IMG/VR virus record: IMGVR_UViG_2508501124_000001
Span: 5,277 to 69,276 of that record
DNA: 64,000 nt
Source: a virus
Taxonomy: Duplodnaviria > Caudoviricetes
Strand: one strand, 5' to 3'
Below the pieces are notes generated by a model. It made no database searches, was not told where the DNA came from, and saw only the letters and a list, made by a program, of their open reading frames with translations. Shown piece after piece: positions 55,620-63,707 of the stretch. A program made the position numbers and the translations under genes. Position 1 is the stretch's first letter, and the number at the start of each line of letters is the position of its first letter.

Positions 55620-56774
55620 ATGGAAACCGTGAAGACATTGAAGTTGCGCATCAAGGACAAGCACGCGAAAGCGATGCTTGCGATGGCACGCGATGTCAAC
55701 ATGGTCTGGAATTTCGCTAACGAGACCCAGTACCGCAGTCTGAATCGTTACTGCGATCGTCCGAAGACATGGCTGAGCGCGTACGACATGCAGAAGCTCA
55801 CGGCCGGATTCGTTAAGTGCGAAGGGGTTGTAGTCGGCGCTCAGACAGTCCAAGAAACATGCGAAGAGTTCGTTACACGTTTGAAGCATGCCAAGAAACA
55901 AAAGTTGAGTTGGCGCGTGAGCAACCGCAAGTCGCCTAAGTACTCGCTTGGCTGGGTTCCATTTAAGAAGGGCGCGCTCAAGTACAAGGATGGACAGATC
56001 CGATTCAACGGTCTGAACATCGGCTTGTGGGACTCATACGGCCTTTCGAAATATGAGTTGCGCGCCGGCAGTTTCAACGAGGATTCGCGCGGGCGATGGT
56101 ATGTCAACGTGGCAGTCAAGGTCGACGTCGAAGAGAAGCGCATTCCGGACGGTTCCGCATCTATCGGCATAGACCTCGGCCTCAAGACTATGGCGACATA
56201 CAGCGACGGCGGATCGTTCAACCCGACTCGCTGGTATCGCGCGTCAGAGCAGAAGCTAGGCATTGCTCAGCGGGCGAACAAGAAAAAGCGGGTCAAGGCT
56301 ATTCACGCCAAGATCGCAAATCAGCGCAAGGACGCCATTCACCGGGAAACGTCAGCGCTAGTCAAGAAGCATGCAGCAATCTTCGTGGGCAACGTGAACG
56401 CTCAAGCGCTGGCGAAAACGAGCATGGCTAAGTCTGTGCACGACGCCGCGTGGAGCATGTTCCGAAATCAGCTGAAATACAAAGCCATCAGGCATCAGGT
56501 GATCTTCGAGGAAGTCAACGAAGCGTTTTCAACCCAGACCTGTTCGAGTTGTGGTGCTCTGCCCGATTCGCGGCCGAAAGGTATCGCAGGCCTTGGAATA
56601 AGAGATTGGACGTGCATCGATTGCGGAGCGGTCCACGACCGAGACGTAAATGCCGCACGGAACATTCTCGCGCGCGGACATGCGCGTCTCGCAGGAGGAA
56701 TCCTTGGCAGTCGTGCCAGGGAGGATGTCAAACGACCCTCTGATGCGATCAATGAAACAGGAGAACAGAAATGA
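55620..56774 (+). CDS. tnpB: TnpB RNA-guided endonuclease (copy 1), no tnpA
   Basis: GIDLG, zinc finger CSSC/CIDC, HDRDVNAARNI; RuvC-II FVGNV with alternative VNEAFST. Confidence 0.92.
   Translation: METVKTLKLRIKDKHAKAMLAMARDVNMVWNFANETQYRSLNRYCDRPKTWLSAYDMQKLTAGFVKCEGVVVGAQTVQETCEEFVTRLKHAKKQKLSWRVSNRKSPKYSLGWVPFKKGALKYKDGQIRFNGLNIGLWDSYGLSKYELRAGSFNEDSRGRWYVNVAVKVDVEEKRIPDGSASIGIDLGLKTMATYSDGGSFNPTRWYRASEQKLGIAQRANKKKRVKAIHAKIANQRKDAIHRETSALVKKHAAIFVGNVNAQALAKTSMAKSVHDAAWSMFRNQLKYKAIRHQVIFEEVNEAFSTQTCSSCGALPDSRPKGIAGLGIRDWTCIDCGAVHDRDVNAARNILARGHARLAGGILGSRAREDVKRPSDAINETGEQK
56600..56750 (+). ncRNA. Predicted omega/reRNA of TnpB copy 1; IS605-type right end TCAA (56728-56731), guide about 56732-56750
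   Basis: CCTTGGC/GCCAGGG hairpin followed by GAGGATGTCAA; 5' boundary approximate. Confidence 0.6.
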
Positions 56775-57466
56775 GCAAAGACTGGAACGGGATCAATGAA
56801 GGGACCGCATCTACCGCATCCACGCTCCCCGAAGGTGGGGATGAGCGGGCGGCGTTTGAGAAATGGTGCAGGGACAACGGCGTACATGGCACGACTGATT
56901 ACGCTACATACGCAAAGTGCGAGAAAGCCTGGATCGATTCGCAACTCTACGCCCGCGCCGCATCTACTGCCACTGTTCTCGCCGAGCAATCCGCCGCTCC
57001 GCAAGCGAAGCTGAGTGAGGTTCAGATAGAAGCCGTCACCTACGATGAATACGCAAAACGCCAAGATGGCGAATCGGACCTTGATTGCATTCTGAAGGTG
57101 GTCAAGCGTTGCATGGGATTCTCTAATGAGCCGCGCAATGTTGAAGGTCTGACGCGCGCAGAGTTTGAGCATCAACTGCGCGTGGGACTTCAGCACGACA
57201 ACGTTCGCCGGAAAGAGCGCGGCATTCCTGAAATGACTGTGGAGGCGATGGAGGCGGAAATCACAGAGCGCGTCGAGCTCAACTACCCGACGCCGAAGCG
57301 TTGCCCCGGCTGCGCCGCATTCGACAACCCGGAAACAGCGGAGGTGGATTTCGTGCAGGGCTGCGAAGGCTGCAAAGCGCGTATGCAAAAGATCGCGGGC
57401 TTTGGACCGTTGGCTGCCACTCCCCTTCCGCGCGCCAGCGGGCAAGCAGACGAGGCGGTGACGTAG
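56771..57466 (+). CDS. Hypothetical phage protein, 231 aa
   Basis: DERAAFEKW motif; two CxxC. Confidence 0.65.
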   Translation: MSKDWNGINEGTASTASTLPEGGDERAAFEKWCRDNGVHGTTDYATYAKCEKAWIDSQLYARAASTATVLAEQSAAPQAKLSEVQIEAVTYDEYAKRQDGESDLDCILKVVKRCMGFSNEPRNVEGLTRAEFEHQLRVGLQHDNVRRKERGIPEMTVEAMEAEITERVELNYPTPKRCPGCAAFDNPETAEVDFVQGCEGCKARMQKIAGFGPLAATPLPRASGQADEAVT

Positions 57467-57467
57467 A

Positions 57468-57635
57468 TCAATCAAGCTTCGGCGGCTTTGCGCGGTCAAT
57501 TAGCTTGCGCAACCACGGTATGCCATAGGCGTCGATCTTCGCCCACTGAGCAGGAGTAAGCCGGATAGAGCGCTGTTCTAGGCGTTCGCCGGGTGACTTG
57601 GGCGGTCGGCCCATCTTCGGTTTAGTAGGTTCCAT
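57468..57635 (-). CDS. Small ribbon-helix-helix/AT-hook regulator divergent from TnpB copy 2
   Basis: KMGRPPK..RSIRLTPAQWAKI..G..WLRKLI. Confidence 0.7.
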   Translation of the reverse strand: MEPTKPKMGRPPKSPGERLEQRSIRLTPAQWAKIDAYGIPWLRKLIDRAKPPKLD

Positions 57636-57675
57636 GGCCGGATTGTACACCCACTTATCGGGTCACAAAAAGCGC

Positions 57676-57704
57676 TTGCAATCACCTACATATTGAATCA
57701 CAAT
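57676..57704 (+). promoter_or_regulatory. Promoter for TnpB copy 2
   Basis: TTGCAA-17-CACAAT. Confidence 0.55.
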
Positions 57705-57734
57705 AAGTACCAACAAAAGCATCGGTGCTTCGAC

Positions 57735-58814
57735 TTGAAAACGTTACGACTCAAATTGCGCGATGGTCAGGAATGGCTCGACGAAGCGGCCAGGGAAGTC
57801 AACATGGTCTGGAACTTCGCCAATGAAACCACGGCCAAGGCCGCGCGCCCGTTCTATGGGAAGCCTAGGTATCTGTCTGGTTTCGATGTCGAGAAGTTGC
57901 TGACCGGCGTCCATTCTGAACTGAAGTATTTGCAGGCGAATACGGTTATCCGCATTGCTCATGAACACGCTGATCGACGTTTGCAGTTCCGGAGATCGAA
58001 GCTGCGGTGGCGCAGTTCTGGCGGCTCCAAGCGGTCCTTGGGTTGGATTCCGTTCAGGCATCCTCAGGTCAAGTTCGTGAAGGGCGCAATACGCTTCTGC
58101 GGGAAGCGATTTCGCGTGTTCGACAGCTATGGCCTGGACAAATACGAACTGAGGTCCGGGGCCTTTTCGCAAAACGCTCTCGGGGAATGGTTCGTCAACA
58201 TAGCAGTGAAAACAGCGACTAAGGCTCCCGATATGCCCCGGCGCGCAGTTGGCGTCGATCTGGGTCTGAAAGCGTCAGCTACAACGAGTGATGGCCAGAT
58301 ATTGGCCGCTGGTGACTTCTACCGCGGTATCGAGCGGAAGATCGCCGAGGCACAGCGGCGAGGGCATAAGCGCCACGCAAAACGATTGCATCAACGTGCT
58401 GCGAACCGCCGTAATGACGCGCTGCACAAGTTCAGTACCGCCATGGTGAACAACTATGGGGCGATTTACGTTGGCGACGTGAGCAGCCTGAAACTCGCAA
58501 AAACCAAGATGGCGAAAGCTGTCTTGGACAGCGGGTGGGGGATGCTCAAGACCATGCTGCACTACAAGGGCCATCAGGCCGGCAGTCTGGTTGAAGTCGT
58601 AAACGAGAGGTTCACAACTGTGACTTGCTCTAACTGTGGCCAGCACACCGGCCCCAGGGGTCTAAGGCAGTTGCATGTAAGGGGATGGTTCTGTTCGGCC
58701 TGTGAAACCGATCATGACCGAGACATTAATGCGGCCAGAAACATCCTCGCCCGTGGGCTAACGGGTCCGTCAGCGGGAACCAACTTTAAGGAGCAAAAGC
58801 ATCATGTGCACTGA
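57735..58814 (+). CDS. tnpB: TnpB RNA-guided endonuclease (copy 2), no tnpA; start uncertain (TTG 57735 or 57693)
   Basis: GVDLG, CSNC/CSAC, HDRDINAARNI; RuvC-II YVGDV with alternative VNERFTT. Confidence 0.9.
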   Translation: MKTLRLKLRDGQEWLDEAAREVNMVWNFANETTAKAARPFYGKPRYLSGFDVEKLLTGVHSELKYLQANTVIRIAHEHADRRLQFRRSKLRWRSSGGSKRSLGWIPFRHPQVKFVKGAIRFCGKRFRVFDSYGLDKYELRSGAFSQNALGEWFVNIAVKTATKAPDMPRRAVGVDLGLKASATTSDGQILAAGDFYRGIERKIAEAQRRGHKRHAKRLHQRAANRRNDALHKFSTAMVNNYGAIYVGDVSSLKLAKTKMAKAVLDSGWGMLKTMLHYKGHQAGSLVEVVNERFTTVTCSNCGQHTGPRGLRQLHVRGWFCSACETDHDRDINAARNILARGLTGPSAGTNFKEQKHHVH

Positions 58815-59025
58815 AAAGAAACCGGCGTCACCCGCCGGGGAAGCCAAATCCCCCGACGCGCGCGAGCCCCTGGGCGCGCAGATTAACGGTAACGACATCG
58901 AGAAACTGTTCCTCACATGGTCCGAGTGGACGACTGAACTCGGGGAAGCGATCTCGCGCAAGAACATCGACGGATTCGTGAGCGACTTGCGCGCCCTTCT
59001 TCGTGAGGCGGGGAGCGGGAAATGA
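58804..59025 (+). CDS. Hypothetical protein, 73 aa
   Basis: AAGGAG RBS. Confidence 0.55.
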   Translation: MCTEKKPASPAGEAKSPDAREPLGAQINGNDIEKLFLTWSEWTTELGEAISRKNIDGFVSDLRALLREAGSGK

Positions 59026-59423
59026 GCAACGAACTCACACCGAATCGACCATCGCCGGAAGGTCGCATGCTCGGAGGGCAATTGGCGCGTCTCACCGACA
59101 AGGCCGAGATTGAAGCTCGCGCCAAGTTTCCGAATCATAAGGCCCGCTGCAAGAGTTGCGCATTCATAGCAGGCACTGTGCCGAACGGATGCTTGCCGAC
59201 CGTCATGGACGCTCTGAAATGCGTCGTCGATGGCACACCTTTCCATTGCCATCAGGAATTCGACGACAAGGGTATCCCGACCGACCTGTGCGCGGGATGG
59301 TCCATTGCTTCAATGGCTGCGGATTCCAAGTTGCGTGAGCGCATGCAGCCAATTGTTGACGATTGGGAGTTGAGTTGCATCTACGACGAATCGACCGTTC
59401 TTTCCAAGGACCAGACGACATGA
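59022..59423 (+). CDS. Cys-rich hypothetical protein
   Basis: RCKSCAF..FHCH..LCAGW. Confidence 0.65.
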   Translation: MSNELTPNRPSPEGRMLGGQLARLTDKAEIEARAKFPNHKARCKSCAFIAGTVPNGCLPTVMDALKCVVDGTPFHCHQEFDDKGIPTDLCAGWSIASMAADSKLRERMQPIVDDWELSCIYDESTVLSKDQTT

Positions 59424-59986
59424 GTGACAACCAGAGGTTAATCGACATGCTGCAGTACTGGGAAAAGGAACCTTGCCTGCCGGGTCCTGCGGCTACGTGT
59501 CGCGAAGCGCGAGTCGTGATCGAGCAGCAAGCCGCCAAGATAGCCGAATTCGAGCGCATCCTCGACGGCCTACCGCAAGACGCGATCGACGGAGGCTGGA
59601 CGGCGCGAGGCATCAGCGCATATGCGAAGAAGCTCGAAGAACGGATCGCCGCCCTCGAATCCGCTGCAAAGTCGGAGCCGGTGGCAGAGTTTGAATGGCC
59701 GAAGCTACCGGGATTTCCGGCTCCTTCGATGTACTCGCCGCAAAACGGAGCAGGTCTTTTCACTGATCATCAAATGCAGGGCTACGCGAACGCCTACGGC
59801 GAAGCAGTCCGCGCCGCTCTTGAGAAGGTAGGCGGGCGGGATGCGGAGCGGGTGACGGTGACGCCAGCGATGGTGAAGGCCGCTATGCCATGGCTCACGG
59901 GGTTGCAACACATGCGCAAGACGGACAAAGAATCGCACGTCGAAGAGGCGATTAAAGCCGCCCTGTCTCAACAGGAGTTGAAATAA
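59420..59986 (+). CDS. Hypothetical protein, 188 aa
   Basis: Coupled ORF; LPQDAIDGGWTARG. Confidence 0.6.
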   Translation: MSDNQRLIDMLQYWEKEPCLPGPAATCREARVVIEQQAAKIAEFERILDGLPQDAIDGGWTARGISAYAKKLEERIAALESAAKSEPVAEFEWPKLPGFPAPSMYSPQNGAGLFTDHQMQGYANAYGEAVRAALEKVGGRDAERVTVTPAMVKAAMPWLTGLQHMRKTDKESHVEEAIKAALSQQELK

Positions 59987-60204
59987 TGGTCGTCCCACAT
60001 CGAATCATTCGCCCGCGCATCGTTATTCAAGCTGGCCACTATCAGGTCAAAAACTGGAAATTGTCTAAGCCATCTTCAGGTGTGAGGCTAACTCTGGACG
60101 AAGGCTGGTCCTTTAGAAAGGCACACATATGGTGTGTCGAGCGCAACGATGCTGCCAAGGCTACGCGTTCCCTGTCACAGAAAGCGGGAGAGCAGGATGA
60201 CTGA
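59986..60204 (+). CDS. Hypothetical protein, 72 aa
   Basis: AGGAG RBS. Confidence 0.5.
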   Translation: MVVPHRIIRPRIVIQAGHYQVKNWKLSKPSSGVRLTLDEGWSFRKAHIWCVERNDAAKATRSLSQKAGEQDD

Positions 60205-60289
60205 CCTCTACCTATTCGCCCTATCCCTAGGAATATCCTGGCTATGGGTGTACGTGGCGCAAAGGGATTTCTTTGAGGGGGCGGCATGA
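60197..60289 (+). CDS. 30-aa membrane peptide
   Basis: Coupled; hydrophobic. Confidence 0.4.
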   Translation: MTDLYLFALSLGISWLWVYVAQRDFFEGAA

Positions 60290-60594
60290 AACCGTATGCG
60301 ATCACGATGAGCGTCACGGCCGTAGTTATGGCTGAAAACGAACAACACGCGCGGATCGTCGCTGAACGTGACAAGCGCGAGATATTCGGCGACGTCTATG
60401 GCGACCAGATCAAGTATTCGCCGGCCACGGAAATGACGTGCGAGGCTGACCTTGAAAAAGTTGGCTGGGATGACCTTTGCATTCCCTACGGCGGCGACGG
60501 CAACACACGCCTGAGTGACATTCTCGCCGCGGTCGAATCTGAGCCAGAGCGGGACACGCGGACGATAGACATGTTTCAGGAGCAGGCAGGATGA
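60286..60594 (+). CDS. Hypothetical protein, 102 aa
   Basis: Coupled; RDTRTIDMF C-terminus. Confidence 0.6.
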   Translation: MKPYAITMSVTAVVMAENEQHARIVAERDKREIFGDVYGDQIKYSPATEMTCEADLEKVGWDDLCIPYGGDGNTRLSDILAAVESEPERDTRTIDMFQEQAG

Positions 60595-60938
60595 GCAAAC
60601 AACTACTATTCAGCGCTCTAATAGGCATCCCAACGAGTTTGATTCTGGCCACGACCCGCTGGGCTGCCGACAGCCACTGGTGGATTCTATGGGCATCCGT
60701 GGGGGCCGTTCACATCGCGATCATTGCGGACGAGATCAGGCCTGATGCAACAAAACGCGCAATCGGATTCGCGGCCGCATGGCTGCTATTCGGCGTTGGC
60801 CACGTAGTCAGTCGACCGATGCTCTGGTGGGATTGGCCGGTCTACCCGATGTTTAACTGGCTGATGTGCGCCTCGACCGATCTTCAGGACTGGGGTGGCG
60901 CCGGGCCATGGGAGGAATTCAATCGTGCACTGGATTAA
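60591..60938 (+). CDS. Membrane protein, 115 aa
   Basis: Several hydrophobic segments. Confidence 0.55.
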   Translation: MSKQLLFSALIGIPTSLILATTRWAADSHWWILWASVGAVHIAIIADEIRPDATKRAIGFAAAWLLFGVGHVVSRPMLWWDWPVYPMFNWLMCASTDLQDWGGAGPWEEFNRALD

Positions 60939-61068
60939 ATCAACGCTAATGGCCTGGTCATTCCGGCGAGGCTATTGGTTCCAGCCATTCTTCGACGGCA
61001 GGGACGACGGCATCGACTGGATGACGTGGTGCGGCGGCGGCCCACTCGATAACGAGGTGGCGCAGTGA
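60925..61068 (+). CDS. 47-aa peptide
   Basis: GGAGGA RBS; GTG start. Confidence 0.4.
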   Translation: MHWIKSTLMAWSFRRGYWFQPFFDGRDDGIDWMTWCGGGPLDNEVAQ

Positions 61069-61259
61069 ACCACACCACCAACCACCGTACCTTCAACGAG
61101 ACCTACGACTCATACCGCAAAGCGCTCACTCCCACGTCGCAACAGGTAGCCGGGTTATGCGCGTCGTTCGCCCAGATGATGGCTGACGACTCGCGCGACA
61201 AGGTATCCGTGGGACTGTCTGCGGCGGGGATTGCGGTTGTCAGGGAGCCGAGGAAATGA
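61065..61259 (+). CDS. Hypothetical protein, 64 aa
   Basis: Coupled. Confidence 0.5.
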   Translation: MNHTTNHRTFNETYDSYRKALTPTSQQVAGLCASFAQMMADDSRDKVSVGLSAAGIAVVREPRK

Positions 61260-61507
61260 CGGACATTAACCAGTGCGATGGCTGCCGCGTCGGAGCCCCA
61301 CTGAGCGATAGAGGAAACCACATCATGCCGGACGGCGGATATATGGGATGCACCAAGGATCGGTATGCGAAATCAGACCTGCCAGAAGTGAAATCTGAAC
61401 TGCGCTGGTGTCTCGAGAACGGATCGTACGGTCCGCGTACCGGCGCAGCGCTTCAGTGGGCGCTTTCGATGATTGAGGCGATGGAAGAACAGGGGGTAAA
61501 AGCGTGA
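61256..61507 (+). CDS. Hypothetical protein, 83 aa
   Basis: NQCDGC..G.P..GNH..MGCT. Confidence 0.55.
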   Translation: MTDINQCDGCRVGAPLSDRGNHIMPDGGYMGCTKDRYAKSDLPEVKSELRWCLENGSYGPRTGAALQWALSMIEAMEEQGVKA

Positions 61508-61707
61508 AGGCTCAATTCAAAGCGGAAATCCCCAAAGACATCCAGATGACAATGACGCTCAGCATGACCTTGGGCGAATGGACCGAGATCGCTGAGCACT
61601 TGACCGACACGCGTCACTATCGGCCGGATGGGAAGTTGCTCGACGCAATTCGGACGATGACCCGCAAGGCGTCGCAGCATTTTGACGAGACGACGGAGCA
61701 ATCATGA
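61504..61707 (+). CDS. Hypothetical protein, 67 aa
   Basis: Coupled. Confidence 0.55.
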   Translation: MKAQFKAEIPKDIQMTMTLSMTLGEWTEIAEHLTDTRHYRPDGKLLDAIRTMTRKASQHFDETTEQS

Positions 61708-61985
61708 GCACGAGCTACATCATCTTCTGCGACGTCTACGACGACCCCATATGGGGGCCGCAGTTTATCGAGCACCTGAACTCTGGACTGGTGAGGGTTT
61801 TCAGGAACCGACTTCGCAAGGCGGTCTTTGAGTATGTCGGATGCCCAGCCATCAAGTTCGATCTTGATGCGGTTCGCAAGCGATACCCGGTTTGCAAGTA
61901 CGCAGACGCGAACGAGTCGCCAATCTCGTACGGGCATAGGCGCGCGCCATTACCGGATAGGAAGTCAGAGGAGGTGAGGGCATGA
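61704..61985 (+). CDS. Hypothetical protein, 93 aa
   Basis: Coupled. Confidence 0.5.
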   Translation: MSTSYIIFCDVYDDPIWGPQFIEHLNSGLVRVFRNRLRKAVFEYVGCPAIKFDLDAVRKRYPVCKYADANESPISYGHRRAPLPDRKSEEVRA

Positions 61986-62371
61986 AGGTTAGCGAACTGA
62001 GCGGCGTAGTGCTGGACTATTGGGTTGCGCGGGCCGAAGGCATGAGCCACGAGGCGGCGACATTCGCCGTGCCGGCGCATGCCTACTCGACTGAATGGGC
62101 CTATGGTGGGCCGATTATCGAGCGCGATCAGATATTTATCCAGCCGCCTAGCGAAGTGCATTATAACGGCGGACCTAACCATGGCTGGCGTCGATATGAC
62201 CATTGGCGCGCAACGGTTTCCGCTCGCACGCGCACGCTGCCGCCGAATGAAATGGGTATCGGTGGCGTCGGCCGCGGCGCCGGCGAGACACCGCTGATCG
62301 CCGCGATGCGTGCGAAGGTAGCGAGTCACTACGGCGATGACGTGCCAGAAGCGGAGAAGCAGGCGGCATGA
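61982..62371 (+). CDS. DUF2591/NinX-like phage protein
   Basis: MKVSELSG..LDYWVARAEG, YSTEWAYGGPIIER, GETPLIAAMRA. Confidence 0.8.
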   Translation: MKVSELSGVVLDYWVARAEGMSHEAATFAVPAHAYSTEWAYGGPIIERDQIFIQPPSEVHYNGGPNHGWRRYDHWRATVSARTRTLPPNEMGIGGVGRGAGETPLIAAMRAKVASHYGDDVPEAEKQAA

Positions 62372-62433
62372 CGGAAGCGCTGGAGAGGATTTTGACAACT
62401 ACGCGACGCGATTGGTTTGGGAGGGAGTGAAAG

Positions 62434-62631
62434 ATGAAAATGCGACTTGGTGACTGGCTGGCAAGCCAATTTACACCGGCTCCGGCCATCAGGACGGCTC
62501 GCCTGTGGATCAAGCAGGGCAAGATTTACCCCGCGCCGACGAAGGTAGGGCGAGCCTATTACGTTGAGCAAAACGCAATATTCAACGACGGCACGATACG
62601 GCCTCGCCTGGCTAACCGCATCCCCCGATAA
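62434..62631 (+). CDS. xis: Excisionase (lambda Xis family)
   Basis: RTARLW.K.GKIYPAP.KVGRAYYV. Confidence 0.88.
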   Translation: MKMRLGDWLASQFTPAPAIRTARLWIKQGKIYPAPTKVGRAYYVEQNAIFNDGTIRPRLANRIPR

Positions 62632-63707
62632 TGGCAGCGCGTCCACGAATCCGCAGGCGGGCAAACTGGCCCGCCAACATGCATGAGCCTCGCCCAGGAT
62701 ACTACACTTGGCGCGATCCGCGAGACGGGAAGACGCATATCCTGGGGCGTATCGACCTCGCTCAAGCCATCTATGAGGCTCAGGAAGCTAACGCTATTGT
62801 AGAGAGCGGGAAGGCCACAAAGACTCTCGCCCAGCGTCTGACGGAGGAACACAAGACAATTGCGGACTTGATCGAGAAGATGCCGAAGGACGGCAAGCCG
62901 AGCACCGTTTCCGCCCGTAAGTATTACGACGAGGCGATCAAGAAGGAGATCGGCACCAAGGACTGTCGCGCGCTCACGGTCAAGGATGTATCCGACATCG
63001 TCGAGGCGATCAAGGACCGCGGAAAAATGCGCTGGGCTCAGGCCGTCCGTAGTCGTCTGATTCAGATTTGCGCCAAGGGAGTGGCGCTCGGATGGATGGA
63101 AAAGAACGTCGCCGAGATTACCGAGACCATGAAGGTCAAGGTGCAGCGAAAACGCCTAACGCTTGCGGAGTTCAAGGCGATTCTCGACAAGGCACCACAG
63201 GTGGCGGAATGGCTGCCGAATGCCATGCTTCTTGCACTGGTTTCCGGTCAGGACCGCTCAACCGTGGCGCGATGGGAGAGGGATTCGATTGTTGGTGACG
63301 TCGCTGTCGTGCGGCGGTCGAAGACGGAGGTTCGCATCGCCATACCGCTGAAGCTTTACATGGATGCGATCAATATGTCGCTCGCCGATGTTATCAAGCT
63401 CTGCACATCAACCGGCATCGAGAGCAAGTACCTGATTCATCACCACCGCAAGCACGTCCACGTCTATCGCGGATCGCATGTGAAGATCGGCAGCGTATCG
63501 CAGGCGTTTGCTGATGCTCGCGAGCTCGCTGGCATCGCTGGCGCGAACGCGCCGACCTTCCATGAAATCCGAAGCCTGACGAAGCGCCTTTATCTTGAAC
63601 AGGGCGGCGTTGACACCAAGGCATTGCTCGGACACAGCGACGATCAGACCGCAAATCTCTACGCGAATTCGCGCGGGCTTGAGCCCATCAAGGTCAAAGT
63701 CGACTGA
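62631..63707 (+). CDS. int: Tyrosine integrase (lambda Int family)
   Basis: N-terminal arm-binding domain; TFHEIRSL, LLGH, catalytic Tyr in ANLYANSR. Confidence 0.93.
   Translation: MAARPRIRRRANWPANMHEPRPGYYTWRDPRDGKTHILGRIDLAQAIYEAQEANAIVESGKATKTLAQRLTEEHKTIADLIEKMPKDGKPSTVSARKYYDEAIKKEIGTKDCRALTVKDVSDIVEAIKDRGKMRWAQAVRSRLIQICAKGVALGWMEKNVAEITETMKVKVQRKRLTLAEFKAILDKAPQVAEWLPNAMLLALVSGQDRSTVARWERDSIVGDVAVVRRSKTEVRIAIPLKLYMDAINMSLADVIKLCTSTGIESKYLIHHHRKHVHVYRGSHVKIGSVSQAFADARELAGIAGANAPTFHEIRSLTKRLYLEQGGVDTKALLGHSDDQTANLYANSRGLEPIKVKVD

Noticed and set aside
56495-57499. 334-aa minus-strand ORF
   Set aside because: Shadow of tnpB and the next gene
57661-57677. Additional CI operator near the TnpB2 promoter
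   Set aside because: Only the central A5 matches; arms are not palindromic
55620-58814. Nuclease-dead TnpB (TldR-like repressor) because the RuvC-II Glu is Gly
   Set aside because: Both copies have a compensating Glu 44 residues downstream and both Asp residues, matching the rearranged active site; inactivity is not supported without assay
62368-62430. 20-aa ORF before xis
   Set aside because: Too short to support without conservation data
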